From Scyliorhinus canicula (lineage: Eukaryota): DNA of 64,000 nucleotides. Of this stretch, positions 12,728 through 25,379 are shown in pieces; position 1 is the first letter of the stretch, and each line of letters starts with the position of its first letter. The stretch is from the NCBI RefSeq assembly GCF_902713615.1, contig NC_052162.1, positions 113,920,226 through 113,984,225 on the forward strand, in the 5' to 3' direction. The notes beneath the pieces are model-generated. The model saw only the letters and a list, made by a program, of their open reading frames with translations, was not told the DNA's origin and searched no databases. A program made the translations under genes and the position numbers.

Positions 12728-13800
12728 AACTAATGGCAGCCGTTAATCTAAAAGTTTTCTCAGGGAATGTACGGGCATCCATCATCCTATCAGAAGGAAA
12801 AAGATCCTCTCCGTTCTTTAGGAGAGAGTTGACATGGATTTATTACAGGAAACTCATCTGGATGATGAGGAATACTTTAAATTGAGGCGGGATTGGGTGA
12901 GGCAGGTTTTTTTTGCCTCCTTTTCATCAAGTAGCAAGAGTGTGGCAATCGGCTTGTGGATGTTTGGAGAACTTTGCACCCGAGGGGCGGAGATTTAATC
13001 TTCTTTTCAGCCCCACATTAATGTCATACAAGAATCGACAACTTTTTTAATATCAAGGATGATCCTACACCTGGTGTCCTCTTGCACCGTAGTGAACATC
13101 GATTGTGGCCTTTAATGCTCCCCTTTCTGGGGAAGAGGTGTCAAAGCCCATGAAGGAGCTGTAGCCGGGTAAAGCACCAGGACCGGATGGCTGTGGGTGT
13201 GAGTTTAATCGGGGGTTTGAGGGTTTGTTAGACCCGTTGAGGGCATATATTGTCACTCTTTTGACTCGGGGATGCTGCCACTGACTCTTCATGAGGCTAA
13301 TATCTATTTGATTCTTATTGGCTAATCTCTCTTTTTTTTAAAATTTAGATTACCCAATTGTTTTTTCCAATTAAGGGGCAATTTAGCATGACCAATCCAC
13401 CTACTCTGCACATTTTTGAGTTGTGGGGGCGAAACCCACACAGACACAGGGAGAATGTGCAAACTCCACACGGACAGTGACCCAGAGCCGGGATCGAACC
13501 TGGGACCTCAGCGCCGTGAGGCGGTTGTGCTAACCACTAGGCCACCGTGCTGCCTGACTAATCTCGCTTTTGAATGTTGATTTGAAACTGCTGTCTAAAG
13601 TTCTGGGGAGAAGGCTGGAGGACATCCTTCTGACAATCATGTGGGAGGACCAGACTGGGTTTATAAGCGGAAGGTTTTACAGTAACAATGTTGGAAGGTT
13701 GCTGAATATGATTTGGCTTTTCAGAAATATGCATTGGATGGGCTGGTGATCTCCTTCGATGCAGAGAAAGCTTTTGCTCGAGTCAAATCATCTCGTGCAT
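12728..13800 (+). mobile_element. Second L1/Tx1 ORF2 fragment (endonuclease start to RT), heavily deleted, with an HE1-like SINE at about 13335-13555
   Basis: atggcagccgttaatct...caggaaactcatctggat is nearly identical to the ORF2 start at 52564 (-). Confidence 0.8.
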
Positions 13801-14189
13801 ACAGTGCGATGCTTCAGATTGGGCGAGGATTATATCGAGTGGATTCAATTGTTATTAAAGGTAAAGTCGCCAAAGTTCCAGAAGACCATTGGCTATTTTC
13901 CCCTTTTGAGGGGTAGAGCTGACTGGTGGTGATTTAACATGAGGATCACCACACCTCAGGTGAGGGACAAGGTTGAAAAGGCAGGATCTTCAAGGATAAC
14001 CTCAGCCGGGAATTAAACCCACGCTGCTGGCCTTGCTCTGCATCACCAAACAGCTGTCCAGCCAACTGAGCTGAACCGGCCCCTGATATATTACAGGCTG
14101 GCCAGGGGCAGGGCTCATGGATGGTTTATGGTTGTTGTATTTCAGCTTCAGAGAGGGTCAAGACAAACAAATATGTCCGTGTGGGAGCA

Positions 14190-14960
14190 AAGGATGTCAA
14201 TGTCTTAAAGAGAGAGAGACCTGGGCCAAGCTTTCCAGAGTCTGCACCCTCCCTGGATTCACTTCCTTTCCCTTCAGTTGCTGCAAGTGACCAATTGAAG
14301 GTCAGAATGAGAAAAGAAATGGAAAGGGGGAGAAAAGAAAGTGTTTTACTCACAGATGTTGGAGACAGGAGGAAGTTTCAGTCTGGGTGAAACTCACTGT
14401 CCGTTTTATGAGGTCACAATGCAGCCCTCCCTGAATCAACCAATACGAATCACTCTGTACGTGGTGACGTCCCGGGTTCCATCGCGCAGGCACGACTCGC
14501 GGACACGGAAGACCCGCCCCCTGCACCTCCTCGACGGTTTCTCGGCAATCGGCTGACGGATAGAGCCAGAGTGAGAAACCGCTCGGTGATCTTCCTCTGC
14601 CCCGGCCCGCAATTGCGCATGCGCAAGGAAGGGGAGATTGCGCATATGCACGAGATCCCATCCCCTTACCTTCCTGCTGAGTGTTGACCAATGGGACGAC
14701 TTGGAGGACCAGAAGGACTGTGGTCCTCCAGCCAATTAGACCTCGGGCTTTGTGTGACTGCTTGATTGAACTTCACACAGACGGAAACCTCCTCCTGTCT
14801 CCAACAGCTGTGAGTAAAACACTTTCTTTTCTTCCCCTATCCATTTATTTTCTCATTCTCACCTTCAATTGGTCACTTGCAGCAACTGAAGGGAAAGGAA
14901 GTGAATCCAAGGAGGGTGCAGACTCTGCAAAGCTTGGTCCTGGTCTCTCTCTCTCTTAAA
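14190..14960. promoter_or_regulatory. Bidirectional ZNF promoter module A with inverted exon-1 donor arms
   Basis: CpG-rich core; CCAAT at 14440, 14688, 14732; TGACGTC 14465; TGCGCATGCGCA 14614-14625; CT|GTGAGT donors at 14353 (-) and 14810 (+). Confidence 0.75.
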
Positions 14961-14966
14961 GACATT

Positions 14967-15428
14967 ATGTGGAGATGCCGGCGTTGGACTGGGGTGAGCA
15001 CAGTAAGAAGTCTTACAACACCAGGTTAAAGTCCAACAGGTTTGTTTCAAACACGAGCTTTCGGAGCACGGCTCCTTCTTCAGGTGAATGGAAAGGCTTG
15101 TTCCAGAAATGTTTATATAGACACAGTCAGAGATGCCCGGAATGCGAGCACCTGCAGGCAATCAAATCATCAAAGATGCAGAGAGAGAGGTAACTCCAGG
15201 TTAAAGAGGTGTGAATTGTCCCAAGCCAGTTCAGTCGGTAGGCCTCTGCAAGTCCAGGCTTGTTGGTGGGGGCCGAATGTAATGCGACATGAATCCCAGA
15301 TCCCGGTTGAGTCCGCATTCATGCGTGCGGAACTTAGCTATAAGTTTTTGCTCAGCAATTTTGCGTTGTCGCGTCTCCTGAAGGCCTCCTTGTAGAATGC
15401 TGACCCGGAGATCAGAGGCTGAATGTCC
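14967..15428 (-). mobile_element. Penelope-like element 3' fragment (GIY-YIG end plus tail)
   Basis: Same tail as 37082-37781; flanked by aaagacatt duplication; splits the donor-arm module. Confidence 0.75.
15050..15088 (-). ncRNA. Minimal type I hammerhead-ribozyme motif in Penelope tail
   Basis: Minus strand cac-CTGAAGA-a-ggagc-cgt-gctcc-GAAAG-CTC-gtg. Confidence 0.6.
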
Positions 15429-17081
15429 TTAAAAGACATTGACATCCTTTGTTCCCTCAGCTCGACACATTTGTTTGTCTGGCTAAAAGGATGGTCTCTT
15501 TCCAAATGTTCACAATAAATCGGCTGGTTTCCCCAGGAGATAGCTGACATTTAAGGGGACAGTAAATTAATATAGGATGTCTAGTGTTGTTATATGGTAC
15601 AGATTAGATAGATTATTTATGGCTCGGTAATAAAGTACATTTATTATTATTTACAGTGTAATATGTACTGTGGCTGTGTTATATAGTTCCAGTCACGATG
15701 GCACAGAACGAGTGTGTTCAGCAACTACAGTCCATGCCGACTCTCTGTCGGACAACCCAGTCAGTTCCATTTCCCCTGATAGCCCCAATCCATTGCAAGT
15801 TTATTTCCTTAAAATACCAATTTCATATTAAAGTCATAAATCCACTCCACTGCCTTGTATAAAACAAATTCCAGGTCACAACCACTCAAATCTAAATAAA
15901 GTCTTCCTTTGATTCTCCTGTTAACTCTAATTAGTAAATATACTTATCTGTAGATGATGAAGTGAGTTCTCAAAGCAGAGGCACCTTGTGTCATATTTAT
16001 ATTAAATTTATATTATTTGCTATTACACTAAAAAGATATAAATCCTAGCTGCCACGTTCCTGCAGAGGATCAGGTCATGTAGACACACAGTGGATAGTTT
16101 ATTCAGCAGAACTCCGCTTACCGGCCGCCCCCAGGCAGCTGTCTCTGAACAATGGAACCAGCTAACGAAGTCAGGATAAGGAAGTCTCAAGCTTGTGACG
16201 TATTGTGAAGGCCCAAGGACAGCTGATGAGGGTTGTAGAAAACATCATTAAGAGGCCTCTGCCTTTCCATGAGCTGATCATGCAGCCCCATCATGTTGAG
16301 TAACTAATTTCATTGGATTGATACATAATCTAGAATCTATATGATTGGCTCATGTCCAGGCGAGGTGGGCAGAGTGAATGTTCTGATACTGTGTCCCCAG
16401 TGGCTTACTCCCCGCCGGCGTAATCATTAAATGTTTGGAGCAGACCCGAATGCTGAGTGATTCTTTTGGATTCATTCCCGCTAACAGTAGATTTTTAGGT
16501 TTTGAAAGAAAGGGATAAGCAGTAATCTGTCAATCAGTCGGAATCAGCACCTTCAGGAGAATTGGGACGGTGAATATTAGATAGCAGCAGAGTGAGAATG
16601 GAGGAAGAGTGTGTGGGGTGGAGATTTACAGCCTTGGGGAACGAGAGAGCAAAGAATTTTCCATTGAATCTAAAACTGACTGTTCAGAATTTCAATCCTG
16701 TACTGACAGTGATGACTTTTCTAAACTCCTTTTACAGGATATTAGAAGAGGAGGAATTGCAGACTGAAATCTCAAACTGACTGAGTCACTTGATTTCTTT
16801 GGACCTGAACATCATCGGCATTTGAATCTCGAAGGAGAAATATTTGCCAGATCTGTGTGCTTCAAAAGATTTGAAACATCAGTGTGACTGGGAAAGCACC
16901 GAGACACACACACCCTAGTGAGAGTGTTCCAGAGCACTGACTGTGGAAAGAGCTTTAACCAGTTACACTGCCTAAAAAAAATCACACCATTCACAGCGGG
17001 GAGAGACTGTAGACGTGTTCTGTGAGTCGAAGAGTCTTCAACTCATCATCGATCTTCGATGGAAACAAGGACACTTGCACC

Positions 17082-18008
17082 ATGAAGAAACCGTGGAAAT
17101 GTGGTGACTGTGGGAAAGGATTCCAGTCCCCATCTGCACTTGAAACCCATCGACGCAGTCACACTGGGGAGAGGCCGTTCACCTGCTCTGAGTGTTGGAA
17201 GGGATTCAGCGATTCATCCAACCTGCTGTCACACCAGCGAGTTCACACTAGGGAAAGGCTATTCAACTGCTCTGAATGTGGGAAGACATTCACTCGTTCA
17301 TCCTCTCTGCTGCGACACCAGCGAATTCACACTGGGGAGAGGCCGTTCACCTGCTCTCTGTGTAGGAAAGGTTTTACTCAGTTATCCAGCCTGCAAATAC
17401 ACCAGCGGGTCCACACTGGGGAGAGGCCATTCATCTGCTCTGAGTGTCGGCAGGAATTCAGTCAGTTATCCCACCTTGTAACACATCAGCGAGTTCACAC
17501 TGGTGAAAGGCCATTCACCTGCTCGGAGTGTGGCAAGGGATTCAGTCGGTTATCCCAATTGCAGACACACCAGCGAGTTCACTCTGGGGAGAGACCATTC
17601 ACTTGCTCTGTCTGTGAGAAGGGATTCACTGATCCATCCTACCTGTTGATACACCAACGGGTTCACACTGGGGGGAGGCCATTCACCTGTTCTCAATGTG
17701 GGAAGGGTTTTAGTCAGTCATCCCAACTGCTGATACACCAGCGGGTTCACACCGGGGAGAGGCCATTCATCTGCTCCGAATGTGGAAAGGGATTCACTGA
17801 TTCATCCGCCCTGCAGAAGCACCGGCGAGTTCACACTGGGGAGAGGCCGTTCACCTGCTCTGACTGTGGGAAAGGATTCGCTCAGTCTTCCCAACTGCTG
17901 ACTCACCAGCGGGTTCACACAGGGGAGAGACCGTTCTCCTGCTCTGAGTGTGCGAAGGGATTCACTCAGGTGTCCAACCTGCTGAGGCACCAGTGTGTTC
18001 ACAAGTGA
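17082..18008 (+). CDS. C2H2 ZNF protein B, 11 tandem fingers, 308 aa, no effector domain
   Basis: ATG 17082 ([10 protein letters not shown]) to VHK*; TGERPF linkers; acceptor ttttacag at 16737. Confidence 0.9.
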   Translation: MKKPWKCGDCGKGFQSPSALETHRRSHTGERPFTCSECWKGFSDSSNLLSHQRVHTRERLFNCSECGKTFTRSSSLLRHQRIHTGERPFTCSLCRKGFTQLSSLQIHQRVHTGERPFICSECRQEFSQLSHLVTHQRVHTGERPFTCSECGKGFSRLSQLQTHQRVHSGERPFTCSVCEKGFTDPSYLLIHQRVHTGGRPFTCSQCGKGFSQSSQLLIHQRVHTGERPFICSECGKGFTDSSALQKHRRVHTGERPFTCSDCGKGFAQSSQLLTHQRVHTGERPFSCSECAKGFTQVSNLLRHQCVHK

Positions 18009-18073
18009 TTAAAGGAGTTGGAGTCTGTTGTTATTGCTGCTGTTAATCACATCCACGATTGAATTGTAACATA

Positions 18074-19387
18074 GAATCATAGAACCTGTACAGTGCAGAT
18101 GGAGGCCATTTGACCCATTGAGTCTGCACCGATCCTTGGAAAGAGTACCCCACCTAGGCCCACGCCCCGACCCTTATCCCTGTAACCCAGTAACCTCACC
18201 TAACCTCACTTGATTCTCTCTTGGACACTAAGGGACAATTTAGCACCTAACCTGCACATCTTTGGTCTGTGTGAGGAACCCGGAGCACCCGGAGGAAACC
18301 CACGCAGATATGGGTAGAAAGTGCAAACTCCACACAGTCACCTGTGACCGGAATTTAACCCGGGTCCCTGGCACTGTGAGGCAGGAGTGTGAACCACTGT
18401 GCCACCGAGCCGTCCCTGGGCCAGAGCCGTCCCTGTGCCATCCTGACATCCCTGTGCCACTGAGCCGTCCCTGTGCCATCCTGCCATCCCTGTGCCACTG
18501 AGCCGTCCCTGTGCCATCCTGCCGTCCCTGTGCCACCGAGCCATCCCTGTGCCATTGTGCCATCCCTGTGCCACCAAGCCGTCCCTGTGCCACTGAGCCG
18601 TCCCTGTGCCATCGTCCCATCCCTGTGCCACCGAGCCATCCCTGAGCCACCGAGCTGTCCCTGAGCCACCGAGCTGTCCCTGTGCCACCGAGCTGTCCCT
18701 GTGCCACCGAGCTGTCCCTGTGCCACCGAGCCGTCCCTGTGCCATCGAGCCGTCCCTGTGCCACCGAGCTGTCCCTGAGCCACCGAGCTGTCCCTGAGCC
18801 ACTGAGCCGTCCCTGTGCCATCCTGCCATCCCTGTGCCACCGAGCCGTCCCTGTGCCACTGAGCCATCCCTGTGCCATCCTGCCATCCCTGTGCCACCGT
18901 CCCATCCCTGTGCCACCGAGCTGTCCCTGAGCCACTGAGCCGTCCCTGTGCCATCGTCCCATCCCTGAGCCACCGAGCTGTCCCTGAGCCACCGAGCCAT
19001 CCCTGAGCCACCGAGCCGTCCCTGTGCCACCGAGCTGTCCCTGAGCCACCGAGCCGTCCCTGAGCCACCGAGCCGTCCCTGTGCCACCGAGCCGTCCCTG
19101 TGCTACTGAGCTGTCCCTGAGCCACTGAGCTGTCCCTGTGCCACCGGGCCGTCCCTGTGCCATTGTGCCGTCCCTGTGCCACCGAGCCGTCCCTGTGCTA
19201 CTGAGCTGTCCCTGAGCCACTGAGCTGGGCTGTCCCTGTGCCACCGAGCCGTCCCTGTGCCACCGAGCCGTCACTGTGCCATTGTGCTGTCCCTGTGCCA
19301 TCGTGCCGCCTGTGCCACCGAGCCGCCCCTGTGCCATCGTGCCACCCCTGTGCCATTGTGCCATCCCTGTGCCATCGTGCTGCCCCA
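18074..19387 (-). mobile_element. HE1-like SINE with an expanded head
   Basis: SINE body 18074-18410; aacata duplicated at 18068-18073 and 19388-19393. Confidence 0.8.
18395..19386. repeat. 19-bp minisatellite, about 50 units of ccctgtgccaccgagccgt
   Basis: Directly visible tandem array. Confidence 0.95.
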
Positions 19388-19696
19388 AACATAAAGGATT
19401 AACAGCTGGGATGTGCTAATGTATGAGACGGATGATGATGTCCCCGTGGCATCAGCCAGTTGTATGTTAGACTCAGAGAGTTTGGAATCCTGTCTCTGAG
19501 CAGCATGCCTGCTCTGTAACCTATTCAGATGTTGTTCTAATAAACTATTTTTAAGCAGATATCAGAATATGTCTATAGTTTGTCTCAGAGCCGAGGCCCT
19601 TGCCTATAGTCCAATATAGAAGGACACATCAAAGAACATGGTGGCAGCGTTGAAGATGTTGATGTAAAAAACATTTTGTCCATATCGAAGGAGAAC

Positions 19697-19880
19697 ATTC
19701 ACTGGAGGGAGAGGTAATGATGGCCCTGCTGAGCAGTCCTTGTCCTGGAGGAGGACGTTCACTGGAGGGAGGGGTAATGATGACCCTCCCTGCTGAGCAG
19801 TCCTTGTCCTTGTCTTGGAGGAGGAGGTTCACTGGAGGGAGGGGTAATGATGACCCTCCCTGCTGAGCAGTCCCTGTCCT
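19697..19880. repeat. Three tandem copies of a roughly 60-bp unit
   Basis: ttcactggagggaggggtaatgatgaccctccctgctgagcagtcc x3. Confidence 0.9.
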
Positions 19881-21074
19881 TGCTCCACCCGCAGAGAGGC
19901 CAGCAGTGCGGGTTGTGGAAACACCATTTTCTCTGGTACCGAGCTGCATCAGGTCTTCACGAAATGAAGCAAAAGCTTCAAGTCAGCACCTTGTCTGTTA
20001 CTGGACCGACTGCATCAACTTTCTCAGAGGCCGGTGTGCAGGCGTCACTGCAGACTTTGTGTACATTCGTAAAACTGTTGACACGTATTTTAGACGGCTA
20101 CAGAACCCCTGGAGACTAATTTGGGAGGGGGTGGGGAGAAATGTAGTATAACGGGTTAACAGATGGCACATGCTACTGTATGACGTGAATGCTGATTTAT
20201 TAACATGTGTTAGACTCTCAAGGGAGGGTTGAAATCGCACCGAGGAGTAACAGGCCCACTCTGTAACTTATTTAGATGTAGAACTAATAAACAAGTGTTA
20301 AACAGACACCGGAGTAAGTCTATAGCCTAAGAATCAAGTCCCATGTCTAGTGTCCAATCTAAAAGGACACATCTCAGAATAGGGATGTTTGGTTTGTGTT
20401 TCCTGTCTGCAAAAACCTCTCTACTCATCGCCTGGGAAAGGAGATTACAAAGGACATCGCTGTAAGTAAAGGGCAGAAATCCAGAACTGATAATTCCAGT
20501 CATCAGAGAACATCCTTTTCCTTCTCAAACTATAAATCACTGTTCCCCCGCACACTCCCTATTGATTGTAACCCTAATGTATCCTCCTCTCACACTGCCA
20601 TGGGCACCTCACTAACAGAGACAGGAAGGTGCTGGAGGATGGACTGGGAAATGGGGCCTCCACCAATCAGGGCCTGAGGGGGGTGGGCGTGGTGTTATTG
20701 GGGCTGATGGTGCCGTGCCCACAGGGTTCAGTGCCCGTGTCCAAAGCAGGGAGTCACAGGAACAGGGTACACAGGAACCAAAGAGAAACCATTTGGATCC
20801 TGAGCATTGTGAACATCCTTTACTCTGTTTGTCTTTGATCCTCAAGTCATTTTGTCTTTCTCACCTTGTATGTTTGATTAATAAACGTTTATTATAAAAT
20901 ATTTGATTTTTCTGGACTTTTTATGAATAGATAGATGCACTTTAGGGAAAGTGGGTGAGAGGGGTTGACAGGCTCTTCAACAGAAAGTGCGTCCCTCCAA
21001 GGTAATTGGCAAAGGAGCCAGAGGGGGAGATGAGATTTTATTTTTGACACAGCGATGTTAGAAATGGGGTTCAG

Positions 21075-21262
21075 GGGCGACACGGTGGTGTAGTGATTAG
21101 CACTGCTGCCTACAGTACTGAGGACCCGGGGTCTATCCCGGCCCCAGGTCACTGTCCGTGTGGAGCTGCACATTCTCCCCGTGTCTGCATGGGTCTCACC
21201 CCCACAACCCAAAGATGTGAAGATAGGTGGATTGGCCATGCTAAATTACCCCTTAATTGGAA
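21075..21262 (+). mobile_element. HE1-like SINE
   Basis: ggggcgacacggtggtgtagtg head and gtcactgtccgtgtggag body. Confidence 0.8.
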
Positions 21263-22424
21263 AGTCTAAATTTTAGGGAGTCAATTAGCACTTTTTCTCC
21301 TTTTCCCAAACTCTGAAATGATTCACAGTGATAACCCTTATTGGTGACAGTGGTTAGATGTTATTCAGTATAAATAAGAGCTGACACATGTTAATGTCTG
21401 AGCAGTAATATCAAAGCGCAGCAGCATTCCCATTACACTCTGGGTAGAAGCACCATCTCCAGGTAAATGCTCCCTGCTGTGCCCCAGATGCCATGGTCCC
21501 AGTCAGTGGAATGTGTAAAACCTCAACAAATCTCTGTGCTCGGGGAATCCCTTCTTATACTTTATTACATCACAAAGTCTAGGGGGGCTGATTTAACCCA
21601 ATCATTGCTGAGCTAACATTGAATGGACCAATTACAAAGCCTGTCATTGAACCATCTGTACCCGCCCAAGCCACGTCAAACTCTCAAACAATTGTCTTCC
21701 CCACGCTCCGTCCCCAGTACAGGGAGTCAGCATTCCCATGCCAAGCAGTGGAAACATGGTGGCCTTGACACCCAGGTGTTATCTAGGATTCCAGTTACTC
21801 TTGTTTTCTCTGTCCTCTGGGAGCTGTTTATCTCCCTATTCCCACACAGCAAGTCATCTGTTCTCAGCTCTGCTCAATTTCTGCTGGAGTTTGGTCCCTT
21901 TTACACCTTTCGGATCAATAAAACATTTGGTCAGTGAAGACCCAAACCACAATTTCCCATCCTGTCACCTGTCAACCATCCTTACCCAGAGCGTAATCAC
22001 AACAGGAATAAAAACAGGAGAAGTGTAACAATCAAATTCAAAATAAATCCACAGCCAGTCATAGAATTTAATTTAATGTTTACAAATCAACAAGAAAACC
22101 CCGAAGTACGGGATCCCCCAGGATTCTTACAGTCCACACTTTGAAGACGAGGAAAACTCTCTCTCCGACCCCTCACTCCGTTATTTTCCCATTTCTGTTC
22201 TGGCCCCGCCTGGGCTAACATCTGCGCGATCTTTTCTTCTCCTGAAGCCGTGAGTTGTCGGTCACTGGTACATAAGGACCGGTGCTTCAAGCAACAGATT
22301 AAGAATGGATGTGAAAAATTCTCCAGCATTCTCTTTACCACAATCCAACTAGTGGACAGGTCTTATTCAATAATATTTCTCTCAAACTCTTAATTGGCCC
22401 TATCAAATTCTAATTTAAAATGAT

Positions 22425-23100
22425 TTACAGGATGTGGGCATTGCTGGCTAGAACCAGCATTTATTACCTTTGAGAAGGTAGTGGTGAGCTGCCTTTTTGA
22501 ACGGCCGCAGTCCATGTGGTGTTGGTACATTCACTATGCTATTAGCGGCAGTGAAGGGAGGTGATGTATTTACAAGTCAGGATGGTGTGTGGTTTGGAGG
22601 GGAACTTCCAGGTGATGATGTTCCCATGTGTCTGTTGCCCCTCTATGTTAATGGTCATGGGTTTGGAAGGTGTGTCTAAGGAGCCTTGGTGAGTTCCTGC
22701 TGTGCATCCTATTGATGGTACACACACTGCTGCTAATGTGCCTCAGTGGAAAGGGAGTGCATGTTTGTGGGTGGGATGCCAATGAAGTGAGCTGCATTGT
22801 CCTGGATGGCTGTACTCATCCAGATAACTGGAGAGTGTTCCGTCACACTCCTGACTAATAGATGGTGGACAGGCTTTGGGGAGTCTGAAGGTGAGTTACT
22901 CACTGCAGGATTCCCAGCATCTGACCTACTCTTGTAGCCAAAGTATTTATATGGCTTGTCCAGTTTAGTTTCTGGTCAATGGTAACCCCCAGGATGTTGA
23001 TAGTGGGGGATTCAGCGATGGTGATGTCATTGAATGTCAAGGGGAGGTGGTTAGATTCTCTCTGATGGTCATTGCCTGGCACCTGTGCAGCTCAAATGTT
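22425..23100 (-). mobile_element. Non-LTR retrotransposon RT C-terminus and 3' UTR, degraded
   Basis: INILGVTIDQKLNWTSHI motif; related to 56660-57215 (+). Confidence 0.7.
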
Positions 23101-23752
23101 AGTGGCAGCTTGGATCTAATCGTTTAGCTCTGTCTTATTGCTTGCTGCTTACGAGGTTTGGCATGCAAATAGTCCAGTTTCATTCAGAATAACATTATTA
23201 CCTCACAGCGCCAGGGAATAAAGTTTGATTCTGGTCTTGGGTGGCTGTCTGTGTGGAGTTTGCGCGTTCTCCCTGTATGTGGGTTTCCCCTGGGTGCTCC
23301 AGTTTCCTCCCACAGTCCAAATATGTGCAGATTAGATGGGGTTACGGGGGTAGGACCGGGGAGTGGCCTGAATTAGGGTGCTCTTTTGGAGGGCTGGTGC
23401 AGGCTGGATGGGCTGAATGGCCTCCTTCCGCACCGTAGGGATTCTCTGGATTCTCCCATGAAATGACATCATACCCACACGTTTTAATCTGTGCTATCTG
23501 CCTTTTTGTCAGACTCCTTGCATTAAAATAAATACTATCTAATCTTGACAAACTCTCTTGTGACTTAACTGTCTGTAACTTCGATGTTCCCTGACCCTCT
23601 TTTGAACTCTCGCTCATTTTCCTTTTCTTCATTTATAGGATGTGGGTGTCGCTGGCTGGACCAGCATTTATTACCCATCCCTAACTGCCCTCCATTTCAG
23701 AGGGCATTTGAGAGTCAACCACATTGCTGTGGATTTCCCCCTTTATAAATGG

Positions 23753-25180
23753 TGATGTATTTTCCCAACCCTTAAATTTGGGGTGTTTCAATTCTCTGTG
23801 AATAACTTGCACAGGAAACTCAAGGTAAGGTGAAATAAAGAGGTTGGTTTATTTTTACATACACCGGGGCGAGAGGGCTTTAACAACGTCCACCCCCTTT
23901 TACACCCGCACAACAAACGGGGGATGAGGAAAAAGGCAAGGGTTCCGGGCAAAATAAAATACAAGTTATGGTTTTCCATGTATCCAGAGTCCAGAATCCA
24001 AAGTCTAATGGAATGTTCCTTCAGAGGGAGGTTTACTGTTGCGGGAGATCCGTCTTTCCAGCAGTGAGACTTCCACAATGGGGGAAGACACGGAGAGTGA
24101 GTCAGTCTGGGAGGCACAAGTTCCAACGTTTCAGCCCTTTGCAGTTTTGATGAGGGTTAGACTTCTTACTGCTGCCACGGGCTTGATGGTAAGGTGTGGA
24201 CAGCACAGGCTGCTTGCCTGCAACTACTGTTTCCTTCAGAGATCCAGCAGCGACTGCCTGAGTTCAGTTCCACAGGACAATATTACAAGTGCTGGCAGCT
24301 TGGGGGGAGGTCATGTGACACGGCTCCCACCATTCCTCCGAGACGTTGGACAAAGGGTATATTTTTCCAAGGCTGGAAACTTGAGATGTTCGGTTGTTAT
24401 CCGGGTTCCTTTTTGTTCTTGGAGACACTGGCTGCAGGTTGACTAAATGTGGCCTCTTGTTGAAACCTCTGTGGGCAGGATGGTAGCAGAGTGGTTAGCA
24501 CAATTGCTTTACAGCCCCAGGGTCCCAGGTTCGATTCCCGGCTTGGGTCACTGTCTGTGCGGAATCTGCACTTTCTCCCCGTGTGTGTGTGGATTTCCTC
24601 CGGGTGCTCCGATTTCCTCCCACAGTCCAAAGATGTGCAGGTTAGGTGGATTGGCCATGATAAATTGTCCTTAGTGTCCAAAATTGCCCTTAATGTTGGG
24701 GTTACTAAGTTATGGGGATAGGGTGGAGGTGTGGGCTTGGGTAGGGTGCTCTTTCCAAGAGCCGGTGCAGACTCTATGGGCCAAATGGCCTCCTTTGCAC
24801 TGTAATTCTGAGACTATGCCTCTGTATTGGAACAGTTAATGCTGAGGTCATTGGCAACATTATTGGAGATTAGGACTTGCAACCAGATGCCTTTGTGGGT
24901 AACTGGCTGGGCAGACAGCCCGTCTGCTGGGACTGTGTGTTAGGTCGGCTGGAATGTTCATGTGATGCAATGTGGGTTATATTCCAGGACGTTTAGCCTT
25001 TACACTCCAGGAGCCTTTAGCCTTTGTTCACTTTGAAACTGCTCAGAAACATCCAGAAACCAGCATGTGACCAGCTGGAGCCATCTCATCAGCTCAGCTA
25101 TTGTACATTTTGAAAAACATTTTAAAAATACTTTAGGAAGTAGTCCAGTTAACACAAATATATATACCTTTCCCTTCTTG
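23753..25180 (-). mobile_element. Possible solo LTR carrying an HE1-like SINE (about 24473-24815, +)
   Basis: TG at left end, flanking ATGG duplication, minus-strand AATAAA; right terminus not canonical. Confidence 0.4.
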
Positions 25181-25379
25181 ATGGTGATATACTTTTAATT
25201 AAAACTTTCATTTTTTAAATCTTTTTAACTTGTTACTTTTCAACCTCTTAACAGTTAATGAATCTTTTGAATTTACCATTTGAAGTGTTCATACTGGCTG
25301 GATGGTTAAGTCTTGTAACTTTATTTACAAGATTTGGAGTGGAGATGTATGAAAAACCTGGATCCCATAAATCAACCAA

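Larger units (their letters stand above)
18065..20376 (+). mobile_element. Miniature or internally deleted LTR retrotransposon (LTR-PBS-500 bp-PPT-LTR); 5' LTR interrupted by a SINE
   Basis: GAAT TSD at 18061-18064 and 20377-20380; PBS TGGTGGCAGCG 19639-19649; PPT 20123-20141; related LTRs both ending near aaggacacat. Confidence 0.8.

Noticed and set aside
16050-16486. Possible LTR-like insert in the ZNF B intron
   Set aside because: TG...CA ends but no matching TSD and no second copy in the window
17022-17081. N-terminal extensions given by the ORF track (17022, 26135, 39577)
   Set aside because: They use GTG/TTG starts within the fossil leader; the homologous ATG in all paralogs is the MEK/MKK/MET codon
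17101-17481. Alternative-frame and antisense ORFs over the ZNF exons
   Set aside because: Shadow frames of the 84-nt finger repeat
18395-19386. CRISPR-like array
   Set aside because: Contiguous tandem units with no unique spacers, vertebrate context, no cas genes
18240-19388. Long minus-strand ORFs of 382, 275 and 249 aa
   Set aside because: Artefacts of a stop-free 19-bp minisatellite read in all three frames
19697-19880. Box C/D snoRNA-like motifs (ATGATGA...CTGA)
   Set aside because: Boxes only 9 nt apart with no guide region; part of a tandem repeat inside an LTR element
19906-20151. Possible CCCH finger (VCYWTDCINFLRGRC)
   Set aside because: Third Cys and His missing; position just before the PPT fits a decayed pol C-terminus better
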